From NCBI GenBank assembly GCA_043732185.1, contig JAYTHY010000135.1, positions 1 through 19,337 of the forward strand: a stretch of 19,337 nt of DNA, given 5' to 3'. This DNA is from Fibrobacteria bacterium. Its GTDB lineage: Bacteria; Fibrobacterota; Fibrobacteria; UBA11236. Shown here one piece after another: positions 1-8,786 of this stretch. Below the pieces are notes generated by a model. It was given only the letters and a program-made list of their open reading frames with translations, made no database searches and was not told the origin of the DNA. The first letter of the stretch is position 1; each line of letters starts with the position of its first letter. A program made the position numbers and the translations under genes.

Positions 1-15
1 CTGGTCCCTGTTCAT
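1..15 (-). CDS. 5' end of a gene running off the window (MNRDQ...)
   Basis: Minus strand reads AAGGAGG-ctag-ATG AAC AGG GAC CAG: strong Shine-Dalgarno (20-26) before an ATG at 15. Confidence 0.5.
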
Positions 16-78
16 CTAGCCTCCTTGGTGAAAACCATGAGAGAATAGACATCCATGCCGTTTTCTAAAAGATGGGGT

Positions 79-378
79 TCACCGAACGCTTACATTCATC
101 CAAGTAATAACTATTACAAAGCAACATGCAAATACTTGGAATGATAGCCCCCAAAATTCGTGATACATTTTGCTATGTGTATTATCAATTTCCGAAGGAG
201 GAATAAGCCAAAAATCGATGCCAGTCATTAGGCTTAGGATAAGGATACTTACACCAAGTAAGGCGAACATTTTATCTTCTTTAAGGCTTACCGCCAAAAA
301 GATAAATTGCAGACCTAGTGTCATGACTCCGCACCATAAGACTTGCTGGCTTGTAGTTAGAAATTCGAGAATGCTCAT
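79..378 (-). CDS. Small membrane protein (about 3 TM), paralog of the N-terminal sensor region of the adjacent histidine kinase; possibly truncated
   Basis: WCGVMTLGLQFIFLAVSLKEDKMFALLGVSILILS aligns without gaps to kinase WGGLLALGIQFLYIGYRVRFDRTYGFFGASVLLLA; ATGA overlap with the kinase stop. Confidence 0.65.
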   Translation of the reverse strand: MSILEFLTTSQQVLWCGVMTLGLQFIFLAVSLKEDKMFALLGVSILILSLMTGIDFWLIPPSEIDNTHSKMYHEFWGLSFQVFACCFVIVITWMNVSVR

Positions 379-2114
379 ACTTGGAATGATTCCTCAATCC
401 ACATAGTTAAACTTTCTTCAGTGAACAGAAAATCTGATTTATCCTCACTTCCCCCTCTGCTCGTCCGCCTAGCTGTACGATTTGCGCCGACCACAACTTT
501 TTTTCTCCATTGCCAATTCATTGGCAATAGCCTGGTCACAGATTCTTCCAGCAAAATCGGTATTTGGCTTCCAGTTTCCCATTCAGCAAGGTATGAGTAT
601 TCCGCAGGCAGAAGGATGGGATTGATTCCTAGGTGAATTATGGGCTGAACCAAATCACTGCGAATGCGAGTATCCAGACTGAGAACCGGTATCTCAATTG
701 CAGGATGAGAGGAATTTTTATCGGCAAGATTTGGAAAGACGAGGTTTAGAATCATTCCGGTCTGGGAGGCGGCTAAGGCGTTTTTGGAGTAGAATCTGAG
801 ACTGGCCTTATGGTTCTTGAGGATGGACTCTGCTATGGAACAGCCCAGCCCAGTGCCTCCGGAAGCTTTTTTTGTAAAGAACGGTTTGGCAATTTGTTCC
901 ACTTCTTCTGGCGGACACCCGGTTCCATCATCTTCGATGGCGACAACCAATTTATTTCCGAAAATTCGAAGTCGGATGTCTATTGAATTGGAGCTCGCTT
1001 CCAGGGAATTCCTAATGAAGTTTACAAAAACTTGTTCTAACTGAAATGCATCCCCCAGTATGGAGTTCTGAACGGGAGATGCGTGAATCCGTATGCTATG
1101 TTGCTGTTCTGGAAACCAATTGGAAATACAGCGTTCCAGCAATTGATCCAATGCCACAGGCTTGCTCACTATCGGCATTGAGGCACGGGCATAAACGGCT
1201 ACATCCTTCGCTATGTTTTCCATGCGTTCAGCCGTGGACCGAATTCTATCCAACTCTCCCCGGTACTGCTCATCCGGCAACTTCCGACCCATGAGAATGG
1301 CATTGCCTTTGAGCGCGGCTGCAAAATTCCGGATCTCATGGGTGATGGATGCGGTGGACGCTCCTAGCTCTTTCAACTTAGCCGATTCCCCTAATGTGGC
1401 ATATGCGGCTGCCAATTGGTCCAACGTGTTTTTATTGGCTCGATGCAAAGAAAGAAAGCGGTGCATCAGAAAATAAACGGTGAGTGCGGCAAATACTCCC
1501 GCACCCAAAAAGGCCAAACCCTTCACCGGCCAAGCAAAAGTGATGGCCAACAAATCGGCCGCGCAGCCAAGCGTAAATAAACTCGCGCCTATGGCCAAAC
1601 AAACCAAGGGAGATTTTGCACCCTCGATGTGCGCTCTCAGTGAAAAGAGCAGGGAACGGATTATGAGGACATACATAAAAAACACTAAGGCAAGGATCGG
1701 GAAGCTGAGCAACGGAACAATGGCAAGGGAAGGACGTGTCGTTCCCGTAACTAATGGCTTTCCGATTAATGGGGCGCAAAGTATTATTCCAATTAAAGTG
1801 GCATCTGCCGCACAAAAAACCCAAAAGGCTTTGGGCGGTTTTGATTGAGTCGCTTCAAATATAAAGCTAAGCAACAAGGGTAAATAAAGGCTCGCCATAA
1901 AAAAGGAAAAATACGTCCAGCTGGAGAGTGTTCCATTTGTATTGATATAGCGCAGCGGCCACGCTTCCCTCAGGAAGGCCGAAGCCAATAGTAAAACGGA
2001 TGCCCCGAAGAATCCATAGGTGCGATCGAAACGGACGCGGTAGCCAATATACAGGAACTGAATTCCCAAGGCCAAAAGGCCGCCCCATATAAATGTATCG
2101 AGAAAATTACTCAT
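375..2114 (-). CDS. Multi-TM sensor histidine kinase (HisKA + HATPase_c) with C-terminal extension
   Basis: About 7 hydrophobic segments; H-box SITHEIRN, N-box QVFVNFIRNSLEA, G1 IEDDGTG, F-box PFFTKK, G2 GGTGLG. Confidence 0.93.
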   Translation of the reverse strand: MSNFLDTFIWGGLLALGIQFLYIGYRVRFDRTYGFFGASVLLLASAFLREAWPLRYINTNGTLSSWTYFSFFMASLYLPLLLSFIFEATQSKPPKAFWVFCAADATLIGIILCAPLIGKPLVTGTTRPSLAIVPLLSFPILALVFFMYVLIIRSLLFSLRAHIEGAKSPLVCLAIGASLFTLGCAADLLAITFAWPVKGLAFLGAGVFAALTVYFLMHRFLSLHRANKNTLDQLAAAYATLGESAKLKELGASTASITHEIRNFAAALKGNAILMGRKLPDEQYRGELDRIRSTAERMENIAKDVAVYARASMPIVSKPVALDQLLERCISNWFPEQQHSIRIHASPVQNSILGDAFQLEQVFVNFIRNSLEASSNSIDIRLRIFGNKLVVAIEDDGTGCPPEEVEQIAKPFFTKKASGGTGLGCSIAESILKNHKASLRFYSKNALAASQTGMILNLVFPNLADKNSSHPAIEIPVLSLDTRIRSDLVQPIIHLGINPILLPAEYSYLAEWETGSQIPILLEESVTRLLPMNWQWRKKVVVGANRTARRTSRGGSEDKSDFLFTEESLTMWIEESFQV

Positions 2115-2196
2115 GTATCTTAAAACTGCATCTTTGACGACTGCTCAATGCCAAAGTGTACCCACTTTTTCCTTAAAACCTACTTTTTAATTTTGG

Positions 2197-2225
2197 TTGA
2201 CCCTGGAAAGTTAACCTTCTATTAT
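2197..2225 (+). promoter_or_regulatory. Putative sigma70 promoter for the response regulator operon
   Basis: TTGACC (2197-2202), 17 bp spacer, TATTAT (2220-2225); an overlapping TATAAT lies at 2223-2228. Confidence 0.55.
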
Positions 2226-2274
2226 AATGTTTAAATTGCATCGTAAATCACCCTTTAAGGCATTATGTGGGCAA

Positions 2275-2940
2275 ATGAAACCAATCACACAAATATCGGT
2301 CATTATGGTAGAAGACAACCCGGACATGGCGTTTACGATTAAAGAATTTCTTGGGAGCGAATCCCAGATATTGCTTTTAGGGGAGGCTCGGGAGGAAATC
2401 GGTTTTCAAAACTTGATCGCCGAGCATTTGCCGGAATTGGCCTTGGTTGATATTGGCCTGAGCCATTCCCGAGCAGGATTGGAACTGCTACATTGGCTTC
2501 GACAGGAATATCCGGTGATTAAGCCCGTCATCATGACGGTAAATGAGGGCGATGTTTTGGAGGCCTACCAGCTTGGCGCTCGTGGTTATGTGCTCAAATC
2601 AAACCTCGAAATTTTGGTTCAAACGCTGATGGAAGTGAGTGAGGGCCAACTTATCATTCCACCGGAAGTGGGTGCTTTATTGGTACGTCAGATGGCGGAC
2701 TCGACCGTGCTTTGGAAAAAGATTCTGGAGTTGGCGCAATTATCGGAACGAGAAAAGGCTATCCTTCGGATGCTCAAAGAAGGCGTTACCCGTGATACCA
2801 TTGCCGCGCGGCTTAATATCTCTTTTTTCACTGTACGACGCCATATTCAGAATATCCTCACCAAGTGTGACGAATCCAACATGCATACGGTTATAAATAA
2901 ATTCAGCGCCGCACTCGACGCTTCGCCTGGGAAAATCTGA
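2275..2940 (+). CDS. NarL/FixJ-family response regulator (REC + LuxR HTH)
   Basis: VIMVEDN, phosphoacceptor LVDIGL, GYVLKS; HTH LSEREKAILRMLKEG...IAARLNISFFTVRRHIQNI. Start set at ATG 2275 because ATG 2227 lies at the predicted -10 region. Confidence 0.93.
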   Translation: MKPITQISVIMVEDNPDMAFTIKEFLGSESQILLLGEAREEIGFQNLIAEHLPELALVDIGLSHSRAGLELLHWLRQEYPVIKPVIMTVNEGDVLEAYQLGARGYVLKSNLEILVQTLMEVSEGQLIIPPEVGALLVRQMADSTVLWKKILELAQLSEREKAILRMLKEGVTRDTIAARLNISFFTVRRHIQNILTKCDESNMHTVINKFSAALDASPGKI

Positions 2941-3248
2941 TGCTCGTCAATGTCGTTACTATTCATGTCCAAACGGAGCATATTTCCGAATTCATCAATG
3001 CGACTTTAAAGAACCATCTGGGCACGCGCCAAGAACCCGGTAACCGTCGTTTTGATGTGTTGCGTTCCGATGAAGATTCCGACCGCTTTCTGTTGTATGA
3101 AGTATTTGTTTCCAAAGAAGCGGTAGAGGCCCATCGACGCACCCCCCATTACCTGGAATGGAAACAGGCTGTCGAACCTTGGATGGTCAAGCCTCGTGAA
3201 CCGAAGTGGCATTCTATCCTTGCCCCATTGGATGAGACGGCCTGGTGA
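2940..3248 (+). CDS. Antibiotic biosynthesis monooxygenase (ABM/LsrG-like) protein
   Basis: TRQEPGNRRFDVL...FLLYEVF...AHRRTPHYLEWK...WMVKPR pattern; TGATG overlap with the upstream gene. Confidence 0.9.
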   Translation: MLVNVVTIHVQTEHISEFINATLKNHLGTRQEPGNRRFDVLRSDEDSDRFLLYEVFVSKEAVEAHRRTPHYLEWKQAVEPWMVKPREPKWHSILAPLDETAW

Positions 3249-4423
3249 AAGACGCTTTCGATTTTGCCCGCATCCCCACAGTGCATTTTGGGGCGGGTAA
3301 ACTTGCGGAGTTGCCCAAGATTGCAGCCGGGTTTGGGAGCAACGCGCTACTGGTTATAGGTGCAGGCTCTTTGGAGACTTCGGGAAGCCTTGCCAGAATT
3401 CAAGATGGATTGCAGATGGCCGGAATCCGCATAGAGAGTCTGAGTATCGAATCAGAACCCTCCACGCAGTTTATCGACGCAGCCTGCGTGCGCCTGAGGC
3501 AACATGGGCTGCAAATGGTGATAGGCATAGGAGGCGGTAGCGTCATTGATGGCGCCAAAGCCCTGTCGGCCATGTTGCCGCATTCCAATTCGGTTTTGGA
3601 TCATTTGGAAGATGTGGGACGGAATGTGCCCCATAGCGGTGTGAAGCTGCCTTACATTGCGGTGCCCACCACATCGGGTACCGGCGGCGAGATGACCAAA
3701 AACGCCGTGCTGAGTAGCGTGGGAACACATGGATATAAAAAATCCCTGCGGCATGAAAATCTGATTCCGAATTCCGTTATCATCGATCCGGAACTCATGT
3801 TGTCATGTCCGGCACATATCACCGCAGCCTGCGGCATGGATGCTTTTACGCAGCTTCTCGAGCCTTACCTTTCTCCACTTGCCTCTCCCCTAACCGATGC
3901 CCTAGCCCTGAGTGGCCTAGAAAAAATTCGCGATTGCCTGATTCCCTCCTGCACGGACCGTAGCGGTGACGTTACGGTGCGCGCGGGTATGGCCTATGCC
4001 TCCATGGTGTCCGGAATTGTTTTGGCGAATGCCGGACTGGGAATTGTTCATGGGTTGGCTTCACCGATTGGTGGATTTTTTCCCGTACCCCACGGGGTGG
4101 TTTGCGGGACTTTGGTAGGCTCAGCTACACAAACCAATCTGAAAGCTTTACGAGAGCGCGGCGACGGGGCTTGGGCATTGGCCAAATATGCCAAGGTCGG
4201 AATAGTATTGGGCGGTGGAGAGGGAAAGAGTCAGACCTACCTCGGTGAGTTTCTAGTGGACACGCTGAACGGCTGGACGGAGACGCTCAAGTTGCCGCGA
4301 TTGGGCGCCTATGGAATAGGAATTTTAGATAGGGATCGCATTGCGGATAGTACCAGCAACCGCCATAATCCAGTTTCCCTGACCAAAAGCGAAATCTGCG
4401 AAATCATTTCTCGGCGCCTTTAA
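3245..4423 (+). CDS. Iron-containing (group III) alcohol dehydrogenase
   Basis: IGGGSVIDGAK, VPTTSGTGGE, IIDPEL, MDAFTQLLE, GLGIVHGLA, PHGVVC; GTG start overlapping the ABM stop. Confidence 0.93.
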   Translation: MKDAFDFARIPTVHFGAGKLAELPKIAAGFGSNALLVIGAGSLETSGSLARIQDGLQMAGIRIESLSIESEPSTQFIDAACVRLRQHGLQMVIGIGGGSVIDGAKALSAMLPHSNSVLDHLEDVGRNVPHSGVKLPYIAVPTTSGTGGEMTKNAVLSSVGTHGYKKSLRHENLIPNSVIIDPELMLSCPAHITAACGMDAFTQLLEPYLSPLASPLTDALALSGLEKIRDCLIPSCTDRSGDVTVRAGMAYASMVSGIVLANAGLGIVHGLASPIGGFFPVPHGVVCGTLVGSATQTNLKALRERGDGAWALAKYAKVGIVLGGGEGKSQTYLGEFLVDTLNGWTETLKLPRLGAYGIGILDRDRIADSTSNRHNPVSLTKSEICEIISRRL

Positions 4424-4425
4424 AT

Positions 4426-5025
4426 ATGAATCCTGTACCTCATTCCGAGACGCGTCTTCGTTACCTGCTTTTTCACAAACCCTATGGCGTGCTTTGCCAA
4501 TTCACGGACAGTGAAGGCAGGGCTTGTCTCAAGGATTTCATCGACATACCCGGCGTGTATGCCAGTGGTCGTCTCGATTGGGACAGTGAAGGTTTGCTGC
4601 TATTAACCAATGATGGTCCGCTGATCAAAACCTTGGCCTCACCCGCCTCCAAATTACCGAAAACCTATTGGGTGCAAGTGGAAGGCACGCCATCAGATAA
4701 GGCTTTGCACGCTTTGCAAACCGGTGTGGTGATTGAGGGAAAACGGACTTTACCCGCAGGAGCCGTGCGCTTTCCAGAGGGCGACGCACTGCCGCCGCGT
4801 TCCGTCCCTATTCGCATCCGCAAAGCCTTGCCGGTTTCCTGGATCCAGCTCACTTTAATCGAAGGTAGGAATCGTCAGGTGCGGAAAATGACGGCCGCGG
4901 TCGGCCATCCTACCCTTCGTCTAATCCGACAGGCCATAGGCCCTTTCAACTTAACCGGACTTGCAGCAGGGCAGTGGCAGGAAATCCCCGCAAACGTAAT
5001 CAGACAAAATTTGTCTACCTTTTAA
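4426..5025 (+). CDS. rluE: RsuA-family rRNA pseudouridine synthase, RluE-like (no S4 domain)
   Basis: FHKPYGVLCQFTD, catalytic GRLDWDSEGLLLLTNDG, KTYWVQVEG, EGRNRQVRKMTAAVGHPTLRLIR. Confidence 0.88.
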   Translation: MNPVPHSETRLRYLLFHKPYGVLCQFTDSEGRACLKDFIDIPGVYASGRLDWDSEGLLLLTNDGPLIKTLASPASKLPKTYWVQVEGTPSDKALHALQTGVVIEGKRTLPAGAVRFPEGDALPPRSVPIRIRKALPVSWIQLTLIEGRNRQVRKMTAAVGHPTLRLIRQAIGPFNLTGLAAGQWQEIPANVIRQNLSTF

Positions 5026-5057
5026 GGCCTTCGTCAAACCTGATAGGAGCTTCCGCC

Positions 5058-6290
5058 ATGTGGAAAATCTTTGCCGTACTTGTTTGCATGTCCATCGTAC
5101 CGTACACCTCTACATTTGCCCAAACTGTGGCAGCGGATGGCGCCCCAAAGGAGGCCATCGACAGTTCGGAAACATTGGACACAGCAGCAACGCGGGCTGT
5201 AAGCAAGGACACCATGCCTACTCCCAAAGCCATTGCATTGAGGGTCCCTCTCCTATCCAAGTTGGACCTGGGTGGCACAGTACAGCTGAAAGGATTCTAT
5301 CACAATTTGAGTTCGGATCGGGATGCGGACAAACGCTTGAGCCTAAATTTACGCCGCTTCAAAGTGGATCTGGATGGCGCCGTAGACAGCCATTTCGGTT
5401 TCAAAGGCGGGATGCTAATGGATGGCAACAACAAAAACTTCGGAGTAGACGATGCGTATCTCTATTATACGTTGAACGAAATGGTTGGTTTTAAAGGCGG
5501 CAAGCTCCGACGGCCTTTCTCGCAAGAGGCCCTACAATCTTCCAAATCCCTTTATACGGTTGAGCGCGGTGAGCTCTATCATGACTTTCTAGTCAATGTA
5601 ACCGGCTATGCTTATTTCGATGTTGGCATTATGGCATATGGCGGGTTTGTGGACGAAGGCCATGCAGTGGGTTATGAGGTGGGCCTGTTCAATGGGAAAC
5701 AAAACAATGACGCGGCTAGGGATTACAGTGGCCAACAATATGAAACCACAGACAAAGGATTCCTAGCCAAGGATGCTGTCATGCGGATTACCGCGACCCC
5801 ATTTGCATTGTGCAAAATAGAGGCCGCTGTTTCGACCAAAGCAGCGGACGATACGTCCAACTCCGCCAATTTCACCTACCATGTGAATACGGCCTATGAA
5901 GTAGGCTTCAGCTATATCGATAAACACTTAAGGCTATTAGGCGAAGTGTCCTGGGGAGACAATCAAAACAAACTGGATGCCCACATCATCAATGGCGGCT
6001 CCCTGTTCTTTGCATTTTATACCACCGGTGTGTGGCATTCCGATTATTCCCTGGGTCGAGCGAGTGAATTAGTGCTTAAGCTGGAAGGCCTGGATCCGGA
6101 TTTCGAACCCGGCAAGGGCAAAGGCAAACCCAATGACGGCAAACTGCGCTACACCCTAGGTACCAATTATTTCTTCACACCCCGAGTCAGCCTTTTGGCC
6201 AACTATGGTGTTTTGCAGCCTATCACCAAGGTTATTGGTGAAGGCGATTTGGTGCACAGTCTGGACGTGCTGGTGCGGCTTACGTACTGA
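5058..6290 (+). CDS. Outer-membrane porin, OprO/OprP-like
   Basis: AGGAG RBS before ATG 5058; signal peptide; LRRFKVDLDG, DAYLYY, GKLRRPFSQEALQSS..LYTVER; amphipathic strands ending in terminal Tyr. Confidence 0.75.
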   Translation: MWKIFAVLVCMSIVPYTSTFAQTVAADGAPKEAIDSSETLDTAATRAVSKDTMPTPKAIALRVPLLSKLDLGGTVQLKGFYHNLSSDRDADKRLSLNLRRFKVDLDGAVDSHFGFKGGMLMDGNNKNFGVDDAYLYYTLNEMVGFKGGKLRRPFSQEALQSSKSLYTVERGELYHDFLVNVTGYAYFDVGIMAYGGFVDEGHAVGYEVGLFNGKQNNDAARDYSGQQYETTDKGFLAKDAVMRITATPFALCKIEAAVSTKAADDTSNSANFTYHVNTAYEVGFSYIDKHLRLLGEVSWGDNQNKLDAHIINGGSLFFAFYTTGVWHSDYSLGRASELVLKLEGLDPDFEPGKGKGKPNDGKLRYTLGTNYFFTPRVSLLANYGVLQPITKVIGEGDLVHSLDVLVRLTY

Positions 6291-6308
6291 GCGTAACGCG
6301 AGTGTGGG

Positions 6309-7628
6309 CTATAATGGGTTGGGATTGTTCATGATGCCTATAAATAAAATTGCACCGGTTTGTTTTTCTGTAATGGCATAGAGATAGGGCCGATTCAAGC
6401 GCAATACGGGAATGGGTTCTGCTTTAGGGGAACGCCCACTAAAATGCATCATTGTAACGGCAACAGCGGCGGCTTCGCTGCCTTTCTCATTGGTTTCAAT
6501 AAAGGATTTATGTACCACCCTTCCGATAAAAACAGATTCCGCCTTTGAAATGCCGGTAAAATTTGCTTGGTTCCGAAATGCAATTCCCATGCCCATTTTT
6601 GTGAGGACATTTTTTATTTCATTTTCGTAGGAAACCTTTATTGTATGTTTGGGCATGTAAAACTTGATATAGCGGTGTTCAAGCTTGGAAACCTTTTGGG
6701 TCCAAGAATCTGCGGTAAGTGATTGCGTCAGGGCAAGCAAAGGTTTGCCTGGTTTGGGCAAAGCAACTACCATGGAGAAATGGGAATTGCCGTAAGGAAT
6801 GCGAGCCCATTGGGCGGTGCTGTCGTCTAAATAATCCATTTTATCATTGCGATGTAGAAAGGCTGCCTTGGTGGTTCGATGAAGGGTGGCATGGGATGTA
6901 TTGGAATCTGCGTAAAGGTTAAAGTTGGCGGTTTCTGTAGAGTTGCTTTCGAATTTTTGGGTCCATTCACCTTTGAAATAAACGGCATTGCATATTGCCA
7001 TGATATCTGTGGGTTCAATTTTATCGAGAACGATTGGGATTTTTCCGTGTGTTTTTTCATTGGCCCAACCATTGATTACAGTCAGGGAATTTTTCGAATT
7101 CGAAAAATCTAAAGGTTGAACCAAAGCATTGTAGGTTGCCTTGTTCTGATTGAGGAAATCGGGCTCTGATTTAAGCATCTTGTGATAAAAAATAGCATTG
7201 GCGATTTCCATTTTAACGTTGGAATCGGCATGGAGCATTGCGTTTTGCAGCCAAACCATTTGTTTAGAAACCATAGCTTGGGACATTCCAGCCCAACCCA
7301 AAGCCGCAGCCATGGAATCCGACGTGCTGGACTTGGCACCATTCCAGGCCATACCCAGGGAAATCTGTAAACTAAGCGGCGAGATGAATTGATTTTTGTC
7401 GACGGATTTCGCTAGCAGGTTTTCAAGGAATCGAAATGAAAACGTTTGCTCTGCCCGAATTAGATTTCCATTGCTTTGAATCCACTCTTTCAAATTTGCA
7501 GGTGTTTCTAAAATCCTGGGCATGTTATTCGATTTGATTTCAGCACTACGGCCTTCACAGTTTGAAAATAAAATTACTGCGCAAAAAATGAGTTGGCCAA
7601 AGTTTTGTTTAGAAAGGCTAAAGTGCAC
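6309..7628 (-). CDS. Serpin family protease inhibitor, probably exported or lipoprotein
   Basis: NQFISPLSL, INGWANEKTHGKI, NAVYFKGEW, hinge EKGSEAAAV, signature LNRPYLYAITEKQTGAILFIG; GTG start with AAGGA RBS; possible lipobox FSNC. Confidence 0.93.
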   Translation of the reverse strand: MHFSLSKQNFGQLIFCAVILFSNCEGRSAEIKSNNMPRILETPANLKEWIQSNGNLIRAEQTFSFRFLENLLAKSVDKNQFISPLSLQISLGMAWNGAKSSTSDSMAAALGWAGMSQAMVSKQMVWLQNAMLHADSNVKMEIANAIFYHKMLKSEPDFLNQNKATYNALVQPLDFSNSKNSLTVINGWANEKTHGKIPIVLDKIEPTDIMAICNAVYFKGEWTQKFESNSTETANFNLYADSNTSHATLHRTTKAAFLHRNDKMDYLDDSTAQWARIPYGNSHFSMVVALPKPGKPLLALTQSLTADSWTQKVSKLEHRYIKFYMPKHTIKVSYENEIKNVLTKMGMGIAFRNQANFTGISKAESVFIGRVVHKSFIETNEKGSEAAAVAVTMMHFSGRSPKAEPIPVLRLNRPYLYAITEKQTGAILFIGIMNNPNPL

Positions 7629-7641
7629 GCTACATCCTTTA

Positions 7642-8238
7642 TTAAACGTCCTTAGGAATATAAAAAATCAGGTCCCGCATACTCACTGCGAATTGCAAAC
7701 AGATTGCGGAAGCCTGCAACATTCCAAACAAAAATACGCCCACCGAAAAAGCCGGATTTGCATAGCGTAAGCCCCACATACACGCATACGTGGCTACTAA
7801 ACCGAAAAATCCGGCAGCTATCACCCCCGCCTTGGCTTTTTCCGGAAAAGCGGAAAAGGAAAAAATGCCACCTAAAAGAAATAAAATAAGACTGATAGCA
7901 AGCATATGCAGATGCGTAGTCAGGATCATGTCTTTCAGAGATTTTGGAAACTTCATACCGCGGGAACGGCTCTTCCATTCGTCAGTGAGGGTTGCGGGAG
8001 CAGTCTCATCCGATTCGGATAAGGCCGAGCTTGCATTGGAATCCTCAGATTGGGCAGAGGCAGGCCCTTGCCCACCGCGATATTGGGCCGCAATGCCGGC
8101 AGGCCGCATATCCGATTGAACAAAAACAAAAAGCAAGGCCACGGCATAAGCCAACGCCAAGCAGGTGAGGAAGCCTATCGCTAAGGTGCGGTGAGCGGAA
8201 CCCAAGCGCCTCAATTCAATTTTTTCCATTTTTTCCAT
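7642..8238 (-). CDS. Uncharacterised membrane protein (about 4 TM) with THxH motif
   Basis: TM1, acidic low-complexity loop, KSLKDMILTTHLHML, three further TM helices; overlaps the upstream FMN-binding gene. Confidence 0.8.
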   Translation of the reverse strand: MEKMEKIELRRLGSAHRTLAIGFLTCLALAYAVALLFVFVQSDMRPAGIAAQYRGGQGPASAQSEDSNASSALSESDETAPATLTDEWKSRSRGMKFPKSLKDMILTTHLHMLAISLILFLLGGIFSFSAFPEKAKAGVIAAGFFGLVATYACMWGLRYANPAFSVGVFLFGMLQASAICLQFAVSMRDLIFYIPKDV

Positions 8239-8785
8239 ACTTTAAATTCCAAAAATAGATGGCTTTGCGCACACCCAATGTGATGGCACGGGAAGATAGG
8301 GTAGCCCCGGAGATTCCGTCTATATCCCTATTGAGTTGCAGTCCATTTCCGGATTTTTTTCCCGTGAATTGCCCCAAAAATCGTTTGCTTTGCACTTCAC
8401 CGCCAACGCTTTCTCGGTAAGCGGTGAGCAAAACACGCATCACTTTTCCCTCGCCGTCCAAGGCAACGACAAAGTCCATCGGTTGCACCTTACCCAATTC
8501 TTGTGCACGATAAAGGGTAGCGACGCTTCCGTCCTTAGACAGGATGCGTTCGAAAACCACCGACTTAAGCGGGATGGAACATTTCAACGCTGCCTGTGCC
8601 AATGCCAAAGCAGAATCATTGAGAACCAGGGTATCCCTGTCTACCCGCTGATAGGTCGGAAAGATTTCTTTCCGGGAGCTCTCCTCGGTAAAGAAAGCTC
8701 CCATAGGTCCAGCCGAGGCGATACCCAGTCCAATCGAGAGCACCCATTTCAAACTAGGGCGAAGCCGCCACGTGCTTTGAACCAT
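8216..8785 (-). CDS. Extracytoplasmic FMN-binding (FMN_bind) protein, flavinylation substrate
   Basis: N-terminal signal or anchor; YRESVGGEV...FLGQFTGK; DIDGISGATLSSRA containing the [S/T]GA[S/T] flavinylation motif. Confidence 0.9.
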   Translation of the reverse strand: MVQSTWRLRPSLKWVLSIGLGIASAGPMGAFFTEESSRKEIFPTYQRVDRDTLVLNDSALALAQAALKCSIPLKSVVFERILSKDGSVATLYRAQELGKVQPMDFVVALDGEGKVMRVLLTAYRESVGGEVQSKRFLGQFTGKKSGNGLQLNRDIDGISGATLSSRAITLGVRKAIYFWNLKYGKNGKN

Positions 8786-8786
8786 A

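Noticed and set aside
28..81. Selenocysteine or other readthrough of the TGA ending the 99-aa ORF
   Set aside because: Readthrough adds only about 20 residues before a TAG, with no kinase-like sequence or evident SECIS hairpin.
4974..5057. Longer N-terminus for the porin (likewise ORF-track starts 2227 and 10036)
   Set aside because: Overlaps rluE or promoter DNA; downstream ATGs at 5058, 2275 and 10123 fit the RBS, signal peptide or domain start better.
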